From: a virus
Reading direction: 5' to 3' (one strand)
Length of the DNA stretch: 64,000 nucleotides
Virus record (IMG/VR): IMGVR_UViG_3300042991_000236
Coordinates: 2,882-66,881 of that record
The notes under the pieces are model-generated. The model was not told where the DNA came from, did no database searches, and saw only the letters and a list, made by a program, of their open reading frames with translations. Below, one piece after another: positions 1-10,807 of this stretch. The position numbers and the translations under genes were made by a program. The first letter of the stretch is position 1. Every line of letters starts with the position of its first letter.

Positions 1-8
1 CAGATCTC

Positions 9-560
9 ATGGGTATTAAGTACAGTCCCAATATTGGTGTAGCCTCTCTTAAAGCCAAGATAGAAGAAAAGAAAACAGCTCCTGTTGAGCCGGCTCCTGT
101 TGATGCTGCTTACGCTGCTGAAGAACTAGCAACTATTAATGCAGCTGCTGCCGTAGCCAATGGTGATATATTTACCCAAGGCGTGAGAGAGACTCCGGCA
201 CAGATTAATATGAAGCGGCGCCAGGAAGCTTTGAAGCTTGTGCGTATTCGCGTAACCAATATGAATCCTCTCAAGGGTAACCTGAAAGGTGACATATTCT
301 CGGTTGGTAATTCCCAGATCGGTTTCATCAAGAAATTCGTTCCTTATAACGTAGATGCCGGCTGGCATGTTCCTCAGATTATTCTGACTCATATGCAGCA
401 GAAGAAGTATATGACTCATTATGAAGTGAAAATTGGTAATAAGAAGGTGAAGAAGCATCGCCTGGTTCCGGAACTGGCTATCGAGATTCTTCCTCCATTG
501 ACTGCAGCTGAACTGCAGGAACTGAAGCAACGGCAGCTTATGGCTTCTGGTGGTCAATAA
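9..560 (+). CDS. N4 gp55-like conserved virion/morphogenesis protein (possibly 5'-truncated by window edge)
   Basis: RIRVTNMNP..GDIFSVGN..KKFVP..GWHVP pattern recalled from N4-like gp55; synteny upstream of gp54/gp53-like genes; frame open to the window start. Confidence 0.6.
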   Translation: MGIKYSPNIGVASLKAKIEEKKTAPVEPAPVDAAYAAEELATINAAAAVANGDIFTQGVRETPAQINMKRRQEALKLVRIRVTNMNPLKGNLKGDIFSVGNSQIGFIKKFVPYNVDAGWHVPQIILTHMQQKKYMTHYEVKIGNKKVKKHRLVPELAIEILPPLTAAELQELKQRQLMASGGQ

Positions 561-583
561 TTCATTCTTCGGAGGATTAAGTA

Positions 584-1048
584 ATGTCTATATGTTTGCA
601 GCCAGTAGATCTAAGTTTATCGGGATGGACTCCCACAACGCTTCAGGCAGATAACATTGAAAATGGTGTAGGTGAGGAAGCCAAAAAACTTGCCACACCC
701 TTGAAGAGTTTGACTTCTGAGACGATAGATGGGACGGGAGCATTTGATGTTTTGATGCGTTCAACGAAGCTGCACTTGCAGGCTGAGTATGAAGCTGGGC
801 GCATTACTGGTGCTGATTATGCTACCGTCTATCTCGGAGCTTTGACTGCTGTGCTGCAGACATCTATTCAATTCCTGTTGAACGAGCAGCAGGTGCATCG
901 TTTAGCTGCCGAGATTGGATTGATTCGTCAGCAGACAGTAACTGAATTAACCAATACAGAAGATAATATTCCGGTCGGTCTGGGATTTAATCATAGTCCT
1001 GTGGATATCGTTACCATTCCCTCTCTGGGACAAGGAGTACCTAACTAA
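584..1048 (+). CDS. N4 gp54-like structural protein, N-terminal part
   Basis: DGTGAFDVLM..HL..EY..GRITGADYA.VY motif; GGAGG RBS; synteny. Confidence 0.6.
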   Translation: MSICLQPVDLSLSGWTPTTLQADNIENGVGEEAKKLATPLKSLTSETIDGTGAFDVLMRSTKLHLQAEYEAGRITGADYATVYLGALTAVLQTSIQFLLNEQQVHRLAAEIGLIRQQTVTELTNTEDNIPVGLGFNHSPVDIVTIPSLGQGVPN

Positions 1049-1818
1049 TGGCTACTGAACCAGAAACTACGTCTTTATGTTATGACCCCTTGTCAGCCTA
1101 TACACCTCCTGTAGGCCGATTGCCTGTCTTGGGTAAGGTAAGGGCTCAGATAGATCAGATCAGAGCCTCTATCGTCAATGACGCGGCTCGTACAGCTAAC
1201 GAGGTTCTCAAGATCGCAGCCGAGGTTGCTGCTCTTGAAGTAGAAAAAGAAAAGGTTGCTGCAGAAGTTCTACGTATCGCTGCTGAGAAGCTAAAGATAG
1301 ACGCTGAGATTTTAGCTCTTGGTGTTGAGCGTGAAAAACTCCTGGTTGAGAAGGATAAGATTGCGGCTGATATCCTCTATATTGGAGTACAGGCTGACAA
1401 AGCGGCTGCTGAGAAACTGGCTATTGAAGCCAATATCATCAACGAAAATGCCCGTACAATCAATGATACAACCCGGGCAACCAACGATACCAATAAAACT
1501 GTTGGTGAACTCCAAGCATTGGCTGATAAGACTCTGGCTGAAGTCGATCTCTTGGATCAGAAGACCCAAACTGAATTGGCACAAGTATCTGATACGGTAA
1601 CTTCAGGTTCAGTATTTGGTGTAGTGGGTAAACAAAAAGATCTGTTTACTGCTCAAGCCGAAGGTTTTGCTCGGGATGCGGAACAGAAACTTGCCAAGAT
1701 CATGGTTGATTCATGGGCTGTTCGTGGATCAGTAGATAGCTCTTTTGACACAGCTACATCTGGGCTGTCTGATTTAGAAGTTGCTGCTGTGCTTGCTAAA
1801 GCAAAAGCTGGAATATAA
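1048..1818 (+). CDS. N4 gp54-like structural protein, C-terminal part with heptad coiled coil
   Basis: GVVGKQKDLF..Q..GF.RDAEQK.AK..DSW motif; TAATG stop/start overlap with previous ORF. Confidence 0.55.
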   Translation: MATEPETTSLCYDPLSAYTPPVGRLPVLGKVRAQIDQIRASIVNDAARTANEVLKIAAEVAALEVEKEKVAAEVLRIAAEKLKIDAEILALGVEREKLLVEKDKIAADILYIGVQADKAAAEKLAIEANIINENARTINDTTRATNDTNKTVGELQALADKTLAEVDLLDQKTQTELAQVSDTVTSGSVFGVVGKQKDLFTAQAEGFARDAEQKLAKIMVDSWAVRGSVDSSFDTATSGLSDLEVAAVLAKAKAGI

Positions 1819-1829
1819 GGAACTAATGA

Positions 1830-4139
1830 ATGGGTCTGTTCAGTAGCAAGAAAACTATAACCGTTTCTGCACGGACCCTCAATTTACTTGAAGCACCTAA
1901 AAATATCTTTTTAGAGACCATACTCAACTCTGTTGTTACCGGTGAACGACTGTCCACCAGTATCCTTAGTTTCCTACATAACAGTATCGTTATTAATGTC
2001 CCTCGTATATATGAGTATGCGAGGGATCATTATACTCTCGGCCTTCCTCAAGGCACTTCTCTCAATTATAATAATGCAGACCTGGATCGTATTGATGAGA
2101 TCCTGGCCATTGAAATAGGTAGCTCTCCACCATTGAAGACAATGGGTGCTACCTATATGGATATCACTCCTGTCATATCTGTCTACCCACACCTCTATAT
2201 TACCCGACAGTACAATCGATTTACCAATCTGATAGGTAACCCTCCGGCCGGTATAGTTTGGCAGCAGGAGCCAGGATCTGGAAGCTTGAACGTAACTACA
2301 GCAAATAAAGAGGTTCGTTTACAATCTGCCAGTGTAGCGCTGGATGGAGTCAGTATTGATGTAGTTTATGGTTTATTTCTTGAACGTCCTGTGGTCATCC
2401 CAGGAGATGAATTCTATGAAGCAACGATAGAAATCCAGTTTGTTGAGGAATCATACACCTATACAGAAAATGTTCCATTAGCTGGAATAGCATCTATCAC
2501 CTGGGGTGAAGAGTATCTGGTGGCCTTCTATAGAGAATACGATCAAGCTGGCGTGGTACCAATAAGCACTGATCGTCCTTGGTTATATCAGGTCAGTTCA
2601 AATGTGCATCCAGAATTGGCTCCAATAGATAATACGCCGGCGACGGTTGACTATTTTCCTGTAATCCCTTTGCGGTATTACAATAAAGACCTGATGAGTG
2701 AAGATTATTTTGAAACTCCTCTATACATAACCAGTAAAAAATTGGCCAAGTATGCTAATCTGGATTTGGATCTACTAGCAGAGAAGTTGAATAAGAACCC
2801 AAGTATCGGTGATATTGACCATGCCTATGTAATGTATGGGGTCAATGTTAGAACAGAAGTGAAAGAAAGCTTATTATATCTGCATGGATTTTTTGAACAG
2901 ATGTATGAAGCTCAGTATTCAAATGAACTCGAGTATCTAGATAAAGTTGGTACAGTTCCATATTATGGATTGGATCCAATAAATTCACTTGTATCTGGTT
3001 CTCTGGCTGGTAGTTCGTTTGAAGAGCACGGATTAAAGATATACCTTGATTATGACTACGTTACCTCTACTATTGCAGCCGGTCAGGTTGGTGATGGTAA
3101 GGTTGGAAATATTGAGAAAGAATTTATTGAGTACGGCCATGATGTTATTACCAATTATGACGCTGGAGAGGGTGGAATTATTGAGGTCATAAATCATATT
3201 CATAAAGGCGCAATTACTCTGCGCTTACAAACAGCAACTGATGTGGTGCATACAATTTCAGTTTATGGATTAGAGCATAGGAATCTGATCTATAAGAACC
3301 GATCTGAATATACGTCCATGCTGGATGTTATCAGAGACCCGGATGAGAATAACCTGGTTATTCCCATACAGTTTAATCTAGCTCAGAGTATGAAATTTAC
3401 AGTACGTATGAATTTATATGCTGATGCGATGTTGATGATAATCAATACATACCAAGTAATCAAAGGTAAATGGTATACTGCTGATTGGTTTAAAGTAATT
3501 ATGATTATTATAGCTGTGGTTCTTACTGTGGTGGCCTTGATGAGTGGCCAAGCTTGGGCTGTTACATTAATAGAGGCTGGTTACTCTACTCTTGCAGCAT
3601 ATGGTATTGTAATTGCTGTTAATATTATGATCAGTATAGCAGTGTCAATTGCAGCTAAATACTTAATTAAAACTTTTGGCCCAAAATTAGGTATATTCGC
3701 AACAGCCGTTTTAATGGTAGTTGCTATTATTGCTACAGGTGGTGCTTATTCAGGAGAGGCAGTAAATCAGTTTTTATTGATGACTGCTCAATACTGTCTT
3801 CAAGCAGGTGCTGCCTTAATTGCGGCATCGAATGACTTTCTTATAGAAAAAGGCCAAGATGTTGTAAATGAGTATAAAGATTTTTCAGCTAAGCTTGAGG
3901 ATAGATATAAAGAATTAAAGACTGCACAAGATCTATTGGACGAACCAGATTTCAATCCTCTGATGTTTGTACAGCCACCGAGATTAAAAATTGTACCAAA
4001 TGAGTCTCCTGATCAATTTTATACTAGATGTTTGGAGCTTCCTGCATATACAATGTTCACGATTCATGAGCAAATAGAAAATTTTTGTGATACACATTTG
4101 AAGTTACCAAAAACAATGCCTAAAACAAATTACGCTTAA
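1830..4139 (+). CDS. N4 gp53-like virion protein with C-terminal hydrophobic helices
   Basis: MGLFSSKKTITVS start, FPVIPLR, DIDHAYVMYGV, ESPDQFYTR motifs; 769 aa; synteny. Confidence 0.7.
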   Translation: MGLFSSKKTITVSARTLNLLEAPKNIFLETILNSVVTGERLSTSILSFLHNSIVINVPRIYEYARDHYTLGLPQGTSLNYNNADLDRIDEILAIEIGSSPPLKTMGATYMDITPVISVYPHLYITRQYNRFTNLIGNPPAGIVWQQEPGSGSLNVTTANKEVRLQSASVALDGVSIDVVYGLFLERPVVIPGDEFYEATIEIQFVEESYTYTENVPLAGIASITWGEEYLVAFYREYDQAGVVPISTDRPWLYQVSSNVHPELAPIDNTPATVDYFPVIPLRYYNKDLMSEDYFETPLYITSKKLAKYANLDLDLLAEKLNKNPSIGDIDHAYVMYGVNVRTEVKESLLYLHGFFEQMYEAQYSNELEYLDKVGTVPYYGLDPINSLVSGSLAGSSFEEHGLKIYLDYDYVTSTIAAGQVGDGKVGNIEKEFIEYGHDVITNYDAGEGGIIEVINHIHKGAITLRLQTATDVVHTISVYGLEHRNLIYKNRSEYTSMLDVIRDPDENNLVIPIQFNLAQSMKFTVRMNLYADAMLMIINTYQVIKGKWYTADWFKVIMIIIAVVLTVVALMSGQAWAVTLIEAGYSTLAAYGIVIAVNIMISIAVSIAAKYLIKTFGPKLGIFATAVLMVVAIIATGGAYSGEAVNQFLLMTAQYCLQAGAALIAASNDFLIEKGQDVVNEYKDFSAKLEDRYKELKTAQDLLDEPDFNPLMFVQPPRLKIVPNESPDQFYTRCLELPAYTMFTIHEQIENFCDTHLKLPKTMPKTNYA

Positions 4140-4159
4140 ACATATAAGGAGACCCCGCC

Positions 4160-4780
4160 ATGGCCAGTAAATTACAGATAGCCCCGGAAGCTCTTGGTTC
4201 ATTTACGCAATCACAAGCTACCCCCAGTTTTATAAGACCTGTATCTCCAGCTTATAAACCAGTTACTTCATTCAATCCCAGTTTTGGTAGTAGCTATAAA
4301 GCGCCTATAGGTAAACTTCCTCAATTAAGCTCAGCTGACTCTTTGAGTTCTTGGAATATACAAGCTCCAGATACAGCTGCTTCTGGTCTAAGTAATAGTT
4401 TAAGTATTGGTGGGCCTAGCACAGAACTGTCTGGAATAAATCCTGATTTTGCCCCAGGAGCAAAAACTCCTGGTATACCTGATATGGGTGGTAAATGGAT
4501 GGATGGAGCCAATATTGGTTTAGGTTTCGCTAAAGTCGGTCTTGATGTCTACAATGCTCTTGAGCAATCCAAGATGAACAAGTTTATGAAGGGCTACTAT
4601 GGCGATATGATGGATATGCAGAAATCTACCTTCGAGAATGAAGCCAAGATTACAAACGCTTCTATAGCCCAGCGTGAACAAAACAAACAGTCGGCTGCTG
4701 GTAATGCATTTGGTACAGCTGCGAGTGATGCAGCTGTTGCTGCAACTTTGGATAAATGGGGCGTTAAAGGAACTTTCTAA
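4160..4780 (+). CDS. N4 gp52-like internal virion protein
   Basis: AAGGAG RBS; synteny between gp53-like and gp51-like genes; Gly/Ala-rich amphipathic segment. Confidence 0.5.
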   Translation: MASKLQIAPEALGSFTQSQATPSFIRPVSPAYKPVTSFNPSFGSSYKAPIGKLPQLSSADSLSSWNIQAPDTAASGLSNSLSIGGPSTELSGINPDFAPGAKTPGIPDMGGKWMDGANIGLGFAKVGLDVYNALEQSKMNKFMKGYYGDMMDMQKSTFENEAKITNASIAQREQNKQSAAGNAFGTAASDAAVAATLDKWGVKGTF

Positions 4781-4793
4781 GGAGATCATATAA

Positions 4794-6872
4794 ATGGGCG
4801 ACATTAAGTACAAAGGCTTTAATGGCCTGGATGGTATGGCTCCTTTACAGCTGAGTCAAACGGCTACAGCCAATAGCTTTAAAGAAGCGCTGTCTGGAGT
4901 CGGTGAATTACTTAAAACTGTCGAGAAAGGGTATGTTGAAGATAATACTCTCAAGGTACAAGAGTATCTTCGCAACAATATCAAGAGTGCCGGCTTAGGA
5001 GCAGATGCTCCTGAGATAGATCAGATTGCTGGTAGCTTTGGTAAACTGATTGATAAAGATGCTATCGGTAAAACGATTATCTCTACCCGGGAAAAGATGT
5101 TGGCTGATGTTGATGATAAGGCTCAACTTAAAGCTGGTCAGGTTATGCGTGAAAGTAATGGGGATATGCTTAAAGCGACCCAGGCTATTAACGATACGTA
5201 TCTTGAGCATGGCGCTAAGCCTGGTTTGGCTATGCAGAAAGCCAAAGCTTTCCATGAAGAAAATAAGTTTATGCCTGAGCTTATTAAACTGGATGAGGAT
5301 AAGCGAGTTGAGGCTGCTATCAATAATGCCTATGCCCAGTCCCGTGAGAGTGGGGGTAAGTTCCTCATTGAAGACACAACGGCTGCAGCCCTAGCTGACA
5401 ATCCTCCACAGCTTCGAGAAAAAATTATGAAAGGACTACAGGAGCGTGAGAAACTTGAACGTACACTCACAGGTAAAGAGGTAGAAGAGATCACATTTGC
5501 TGATACGACAGCATCCAATTTGATAGCTGCTGAGAGGGCTAAAGGTGCCCAGCTAGAAGCAGCTGCTAAAGCTAAAGTTGATGCTATTGCATACAGTCCT
5601 GAAGGTGCTACAGAAGGTGCTAAGAAATTTGCTGCACAGATGGGTGGTCTTAATAAAGGTGTGGGAGAGGACGCTACTGGATCTTACTTTGCGTTTGGTA
5701 AAGATAATCTGGAAGATGGTGAAGTTCCCAACGCTTTGAATGAATTGAAGGTTCAGCTATTAAAAGGTGGCGTATCAAATGAAGATGCAGACGGCATCTT
5801 ATTTCAAGCTTATAATGAGTCTCGGGTTGATGGGGCTGGTGGAGTTTATGTCAAGGCTGGTAAATTGAAAGCCGCTGCCGAAAATTATGCTCAGCTCTAC
5901 ACTCAGAAAATGGCAGCAAAAGCTGAGTATACAAATATACAAGCTGAAAATCTTAAGAAGCAACTGGCCCTTGAACAAGAACGTACCTCTATGGTTCATG
6001 GCATGCGTAAAGGCGCAGCTGATGCCAAGGTGTATGGTAAGTCATTCAACATTGCTGATAAGTTTGCCAGCACCCCATTCTATACCGCATCATCTCCTGG
6101 ATTTCAGGATAGAGCAGACCAGTATAGTAATCCCCCACAGCCTGCCACAATTCCTGGTGCACCCAATCAACTGACACCTGAAGCTATTGTAAATCAGACT
6201 GCTGCTAATGAGGCAGCAGCTGCTAAAGGGGCAGCTAATTTAAAAGCAAAGGTTAAACCTCTTGGAAATAAAAGATTACAGAATGTAACTACCGCCTTCT
6301 TTGATGACATAACTGGAAAGAATAACCCAGCGCCTGTAGTTAAGGATGGCACCGCAAAAGCCGGAATCAATGACAGTACGCCCGCTGGTCAAGTTTGGAA
6401 CTTTGTTAAAAAAGCTGTGGGTGGAACATCTAAGGCTGAGGCATCTGTGTCATCTGCAGCTGATCCTATTAAATTTAAAGCAAATACTGAAAGCCTGATA
6501 CAAAAGATAGGCAAACAAGAATCACGTGGGGATTATAAGACCAAACCAAATGAGCGTACTGGTGCACTAGGTAAATATCAAATTCTTCCTAAAAACTGGC
6601 CAAGTTGGAGTGAAGAGGCAGGGCTAAAAAAAGATGCACCACTTACCCCAGCTAATCAGGATAAGGTTGCAAAATTCAAAATTAACCAATATATGAAAAT
6701 GTTTAATGGTAACCAGAAGCTGGCTGCAGCAGCATGGTATGCCGGGCCAGATTATGCTAAATCTATACAAAATGGTAAACCTTTGTATGACCTAAATAAA
6801 AGGCACGGCAAGAATGGTACAGAACTCTCTGTTGCTGAATATGTAGCTAGTGTGATTAACTGGAATAATTAG
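4794..6872 (+). CDS. Internal virion (ejection) protein with C-terminal lytic transglycosylase/lysozyme-like domain
   Basis: C-terminal QESRGDY..GALGKYQILPKNW..AAAAWYAGP; position equivalent to N4 gp51. Confidence 0.7.
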   Translation: MGDIKYKGFNGLDGMAPLQLSQTATANSFKEALSGVGELLKTVEKGYVEDNTLKVQEYLRNNIKSAGLGADAPEIDQIAGSFGKLIDKDAIGKTIISTREKMLADVDDKAQLKAGQVMRESNGDMLKATQAINDTYLEHGAKPGLAMQKAKAFHEENKFMPELIKLDEDKRVEAAINNAYAQSRESGGKFLIEDTTAAALADNPPQLREKIMKGLQEREKLERTLTGKEVEEITFADTTASNLIAAERAKGAQLEAAAKAKVDAIAYSPEGATEGAKKFAAQMGGLNKGVGEDATGSYFAFGKDNLEDGEVPNALNELKVQLLKGGVSNEDADGILFQAYNESRVDGAGGVYVKAGKLKAAAENYAQLYTQKMAAKAEYTNIQAENLKKQLALEQERTSMVHGMRKGAADAKVYGKSFNIADKFASTPFYTASSPGFQDRADQYSNPPQPATIPGAPNQLTPEAIVNQTAANEAAAAKGAANLKAKVKPLGNKRLQNVTTAFFDDITGKNNPAPVVKDGTAKAGINDSTPAGQVWNFVKKAVGGTSKAEASVSSAADPIKFKANTESLIQKIGKQESRGDYKTKPNERTGALGKYQILPKNWPSWSEEAGLKKDAPLTPANQDKVAKFKINQYMKMFNGNQKLAAAAWYAGPDYAKSIQNGKPLYDLNKRHGKNGTELSVAEYVASVINWNN

Positions 6873-6893
6873 TAGGTCTACTAAGGAGTCTAT

Positions 6894-9800
6894 GTGGCTG
6901 ATTCATCTATGCTTATTAACTGGGGTGTACCAACAACAGGTAGCCCTTCTACTGCTCCTGCGCCTATTGCCAGCTTTGAATCTATCATGGGTAAAGACCC
7001 ACGATACTTAAATGCTGATGCTGCTGGTAAAGCTCGTATGGAGTTTGCCTATCAGCAGTTAGCTGAAGCTCAGGCTTTACAGGATCCGAACAATCCTCTT
7101 GTTGCAGAAGCTAAAGCTGCCCAAGCAGAAGCAGATAGCCAGGGTTTCTTGGCTAACATGTTTGATAAAACCATACGGTCTCACAAGCAAGCCTTTGATG
7201 TTGCTCCTCGAGTTGCCGATGCAATGAATCCTGATGGATCCGTAGCTACAGACTTTGGAGCCTGGAGTGCGAAGTACTTTCAGAAGCAACAAGCTGCTCC
7301 AAGAACATATGAAGATAAAAAGCTTGATGCTGATCTGACTCAGAGAATCAAAGCATGGAATGATGGTGGGCCAACAGAAAAGGTTCAGGCAGCCTTTGGG
7401 ATCCTCGGAGATATACTGACCAACCCTAAAGCTGCTATGTACGCTGGAGCCGATTCTGCTTCGTCTATTACTGCAATGTTGCTGGGTGCCAAGACAGGTG
7501 GATTAATTGGTGGTGCTGCAGCTGGACCCGTTGGTGCTACTGTTGGTACAGTTGTAGGTACGGTTGGAGCTTCTGCTTCTCACTCTGCAGCCCTCAAGTT
7601 TATGGAACTGGTTCAGAAAGGTCTTGATGAAGACAAGATCCCATATACTGCTTCCAACATTCAATCCTGGATGGAAAATAACACAGATAAAGTTCAAGAA
7701 TACCAGACCAAGTCTACCAAGTATGGCATGTCTATGGGCGTGGCTGATGCTGCCTTTGGCGCAGTTGGTGGTAAAGTAGCAACAACCTTCGAGAGAGCAG
7801 CGTTGCGACAAGCCAATGCTTCAGCATTGGCGCCAGTCGGAAAAGCTGCGATCTCTGAAATCGTACAAAAAACAGGATCAACAGTTGAGGATGCTACTCA
7901 AGCATATATCCAGTCTCAGGCTAGAAACACTTTAGCTACGCAAACATTCAAATCCAAGGTTGGCTATAAAGCAACTGGTCTGGGCACAGAGATTATCAGT
8001 GAGCCGGCCACAGAAGCTATCGGTACTCTGTCAGCTGGTGAAGAGCTCTCTGCTAAAGAATTGATTATGGAGGCTGTTGGTGGTGTAGGTGCAGGACCAT
8101 ATGGGGCTGCAGTCAATACATCTATCTTTGGTACCAAGATAGCCGGTGACCAGACAAAGGCGTTTGCCAAAAAATTATTGGCCAGTACGCCTGAGTCCCG
8201 GGCAGCCGAAAAAGAACAGAAAGCTGAGATTAAAGCAGCGACTCTCCAGAGACAGTCTCCGGCACACTTCCAGAGAGAAGTTGCAGCGACTGATCCAACA
8301 GATCCGAAAGTTGATATGTGGGCTGACCATACAAATAAAGAAACCTATGATCCAATCAAAGCAGTAACTGTCCTGGCTAAGACAGTGGATCCTGATTCAA
8401 CAGTTGTAGAGAAAGCTCGTGCCGTACAAAACACTTACCTAGATGAGCTAAATAAAGACTACGATAAGTACGACGAACTGCAGGCGCAATTCGATGCAGT
8501 TAAAGATAAAGATAAAGCAGCAGAAGTTAATCTCGAAAGTCAGCTAGTTAATCAAAGGGCTTTACTTAAAGAGAAACGTAGTGTGTACGACCAGGTAGCC
8601 GGCCAAGTTACTTTGATAAAGAATGCGGCTTTAGAGGTTGGTAAAGATAAACCAGTAGATACACCACTGGATAATCCGGCAACCATTAAACCAGATGATC
8701 TGACTGATCACATTACTCAATCGTTTGGATCTCGTGATACGACGCCCGATGAGCAGATCACAGAACTCCTGAAGAGATCAGATCTATCAGCTGAACACAA
8801 AACCATGTTACAGGATATGGCTGACTCCAACGCTATCCGAAAGGTTATTACTGATAGAGCTACTAGTGGTAAGTCTATGGATCAGGTCAGTGCTGATATT
8901 TATCATGGTCCTAAAGGCTCTAAGTTCAAAGGTATTGACTCTTATAAACAAGGTGTCAGAGAAGCTCTTACTTCTGGTAATACTGTGCAATTAACCAAAG
9001 AGCTTGAAGGGCTTAAAGCTTTCAGAGATGCTCATGTTACCAAGGATCAAAATGTTACTGAGATCCTGGCAGCAATGAAAAGCAAAGAAGGCTTATCTAA
9101 AGAACAATCAGCAACCTATCTTAAACTTCAGAGAGAAAATTCAAACTTTGAATTACATCCGATAACATCGGTTGGAATGGCAGGTAATATCAAACGAGAG
9201 GCTGCTGCTCTGAATGCTGAAGTAAAGCTTGCTGAGAGTCTCATAGCTGTCCATAAGACCAAAGGACAGGTGGTAGCCTCACCTACTCCGAGTTCACCCG
9301 TTGTGAGCGATTCTGCTTCGTCCAGTTTAGATATATCTAAATTATCTTTTCCTGAACTACAAAGTATGCACGTTGCAGCTACTGCAGCCATTAACGCAAG
9401 TGATAATTTAGATTCAAATATGGAGCAGTTGGCTATAAAAAAGCAGGTTACTGATGAATTAACTAGAAGAGGAGTTGATCTTAAAGGTAGGCCATTAGTC
9501 ACAACGAGTTCGGCCTCTACAGCCAATCCTGCTTCGTCCGAATCTTCTGTAAAATATGGATTTAAATTATCACAAGATAAACTTGGAAAAGACCAAGGTA
9601 AGGCTGATGTTGCTAATGCTTTTATCGGGTATGGTGCGCTGAATAGAAAGAGCTCAACCGGGCAATATGCGGCAGATGCTAAGTCTCAAAATATTCCTGT
9701 AAATGAGGCCATTACTCCTGATGCCACAACTCGTGCTTTTGTATCAGTATCTTCTGAGGGAATATATAATATACAAACCATAGAACAAGCGGGTCGCATA

Positions 9801-10784
9801 CTTGATGCTGGTGGCACTGTTATTATGGATGCCTCTGGAACCAATAAAGGACAGTCTCATTCTCCTTGGAATGCTAAAGGTGAGGGTGCAGTACAGGACG
9901 CTTTAATAGCTAAATATGGTGCGCCTAAGAAATCTAAGCAGGGCTACAATGTTTGGAGTAATGTTGCAAACAAAGGTGGTGATTCCAGTGGCCAAGAAGA
10001 AGGGCGGGGGCAAGAGGTGCTAAAACCTGCAGAGCCTGTTGTAGCTGCTAAGCCCGTTAATCGTCCACACTTAAAAGATGCCAAAGTTGTTAATGGTATT
10101 CACATAATCAATAATGATAAGAGAGCTACCAAGGAACCAGCTGGTAGCTATGCTGATGGAACTATATTCGTAAACCGCGGTCTAGCGATCGAGGTGTACA
10201 ATGAAAAGCGTAAGCAGGATAAGCCTCATATTGCTCAGGTTATGGGCACCTACGCCGAATTTGAAGCCTTCCTTATAGCTCACGAAAAACATCATGTAGC
10301 CAATAAGCATCATGACACTATGGAGAAACGTGCAGATGGCACTATTGATATTGATCATTTAAATAATAAAGCACTTGAAGCTGAGGCAAGTGTAGCTGCA
10401 TTGACTCCTGAGCAGAAGAAAAAATGGAAAGAGCTCAATACAGCTAAGCCTACTTCAGAATCTAAACCAGGTTACACCGGTGATATCGATACTGACATTG
10501 ACCTAGCAAATGCTGAGATGGACGATGATAGTAGTTCGTATTATAACGAGGAAGGTATTGAATTTGCTGAAGCTGGATCCAATGAAATAAATGAATCGAC
10601 TGATGAAGATTTCTCTGATAGTTTACCGGTTAATAATATACCGGCTGCGGATCCTATCACTGTGTCGTATACAGATAGTATGGGTAACCTGGTAAATGAT
10701 GTATCTTTTGACCAAGCAATGAAAGATCTTGAGACCGAGATCAATGAAGCAAAAGCTATCCTTACGTGTTTTGGTTCTAAATAA
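6894..10784 (+). CDS. Large virion protein, probable separated N-terminal (injection) domain of the virion RNA polymerase
   Basis: 1296 aa; directly follows the gp51-like gene where N4 vRNAP begins; Gly/Ala-rich hydrophobic segments; no polymerase motifs; HEKHH zincin-like motif; AAGGAG RBS before GTG. Confidence 0.6.
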   Translation: MADSSMLINWGVPTTGSPSTAPAPIASFESIMGKDPRYLNADAAGKARMEFAYQQLAEAQALQDPNNPLVAEAKAAQAEADSQGFLANMFDKTIRSHKQAFDVAPRVADAMNPDGSVATDFGAWSAKYFQKQQAAPRTYEDKKLDADLTQRIKAWNDGGPTEKVQAAFGILGDILTNPKAAMYAGADSASSITAMLLGAKTGGLIGGAAAGPVGATVGTVVGTVGASASHSAALKFMELVQKGLDEDKIPYTASNIQSWMENNTDKVQEYQTKSTKYGMSMGVADAAFGAVGGKVATTFERAALRQANASALAPVGKAAISEIVQKTGSTVEDATQAYIQSQARNTLATQTFKSKVGYKATGLGTEIISEPATEAIGTLSAGEELSAKELIMEAVGGVGAGPYGAAVNTSIFGTKIAGDQTKAFAKKLLASTPESRAAEKEQKAEIKAATLQRQSPAHFQREVAATDPTDPKVDMWADHTNKETYDPIKAVTVLAKTVDPDSTVVEKARAVQNTYLDELNKDYDKYDELQAQFDAVKDKDKAAEVNLESQLVNQRALLKEKRSVYDQVAGQVTLIKNAALEVGKDKPVDTPLDNPATIKPDDLTDHITQSFGSRDTTPDEQITELLKRSDLSAEHKTMLQDMADSNAIRKVITDRATSGKSMDQVSADIYHGPKGSKFKGIDSYKQGVREALTSGNTVQLTKELEGLKAFRDAHVTKDQNVTEILAAMKSKEGLSKEQSATYLKLQRENSNFELHPITSVGMAGNIKREAAALNAEVKLAESLIAVHKTKGQVVASPTPSSPVVSDSASSSLDISKLSFPELQSMHVAATAAINASDNLDSNMEQLAIKKQVTDELTRRGVDLKGRPLVTTSSASTANPASSESSVKYGFKLSQDKLGKDQGKADVANAFIGYGALNRKSSTGQYAADAKSQNIPVNEAITPDATTRAFVSVSSEGIYNIQTIEQAGRILDAGGTVIMDASGTNKGQSHSPWNAKGEGAVQDALIAKYGAPKKSKQGYNVWSNVANKGGDSSGQEEGRGQEVLKPAEPVVAAKPVNRPHLKDAKVVNGIHIINNDKRATKEPAGSYADGTIFVNRGLAIEVYNEKRKQDKPHIAQVMGTYAEFEAFLIAHEKHHVANKHHDTMEKRADGTIDIDHLNNKALEAEASVAALTPEQKKKWKELNTAKPTSESKPGYTGDIDTDIDLANAEMDDDSSSYYNEEGIEFAEAGSNEINESTDEDFSDSLPVNNIPAADPITVSYTDSMGNLVNDVSFDQAMKDLETEINEAKAILTCFGSK

Positions 10785-10807
10785 GATTTATTACATAGGA
10801 GTAAACT

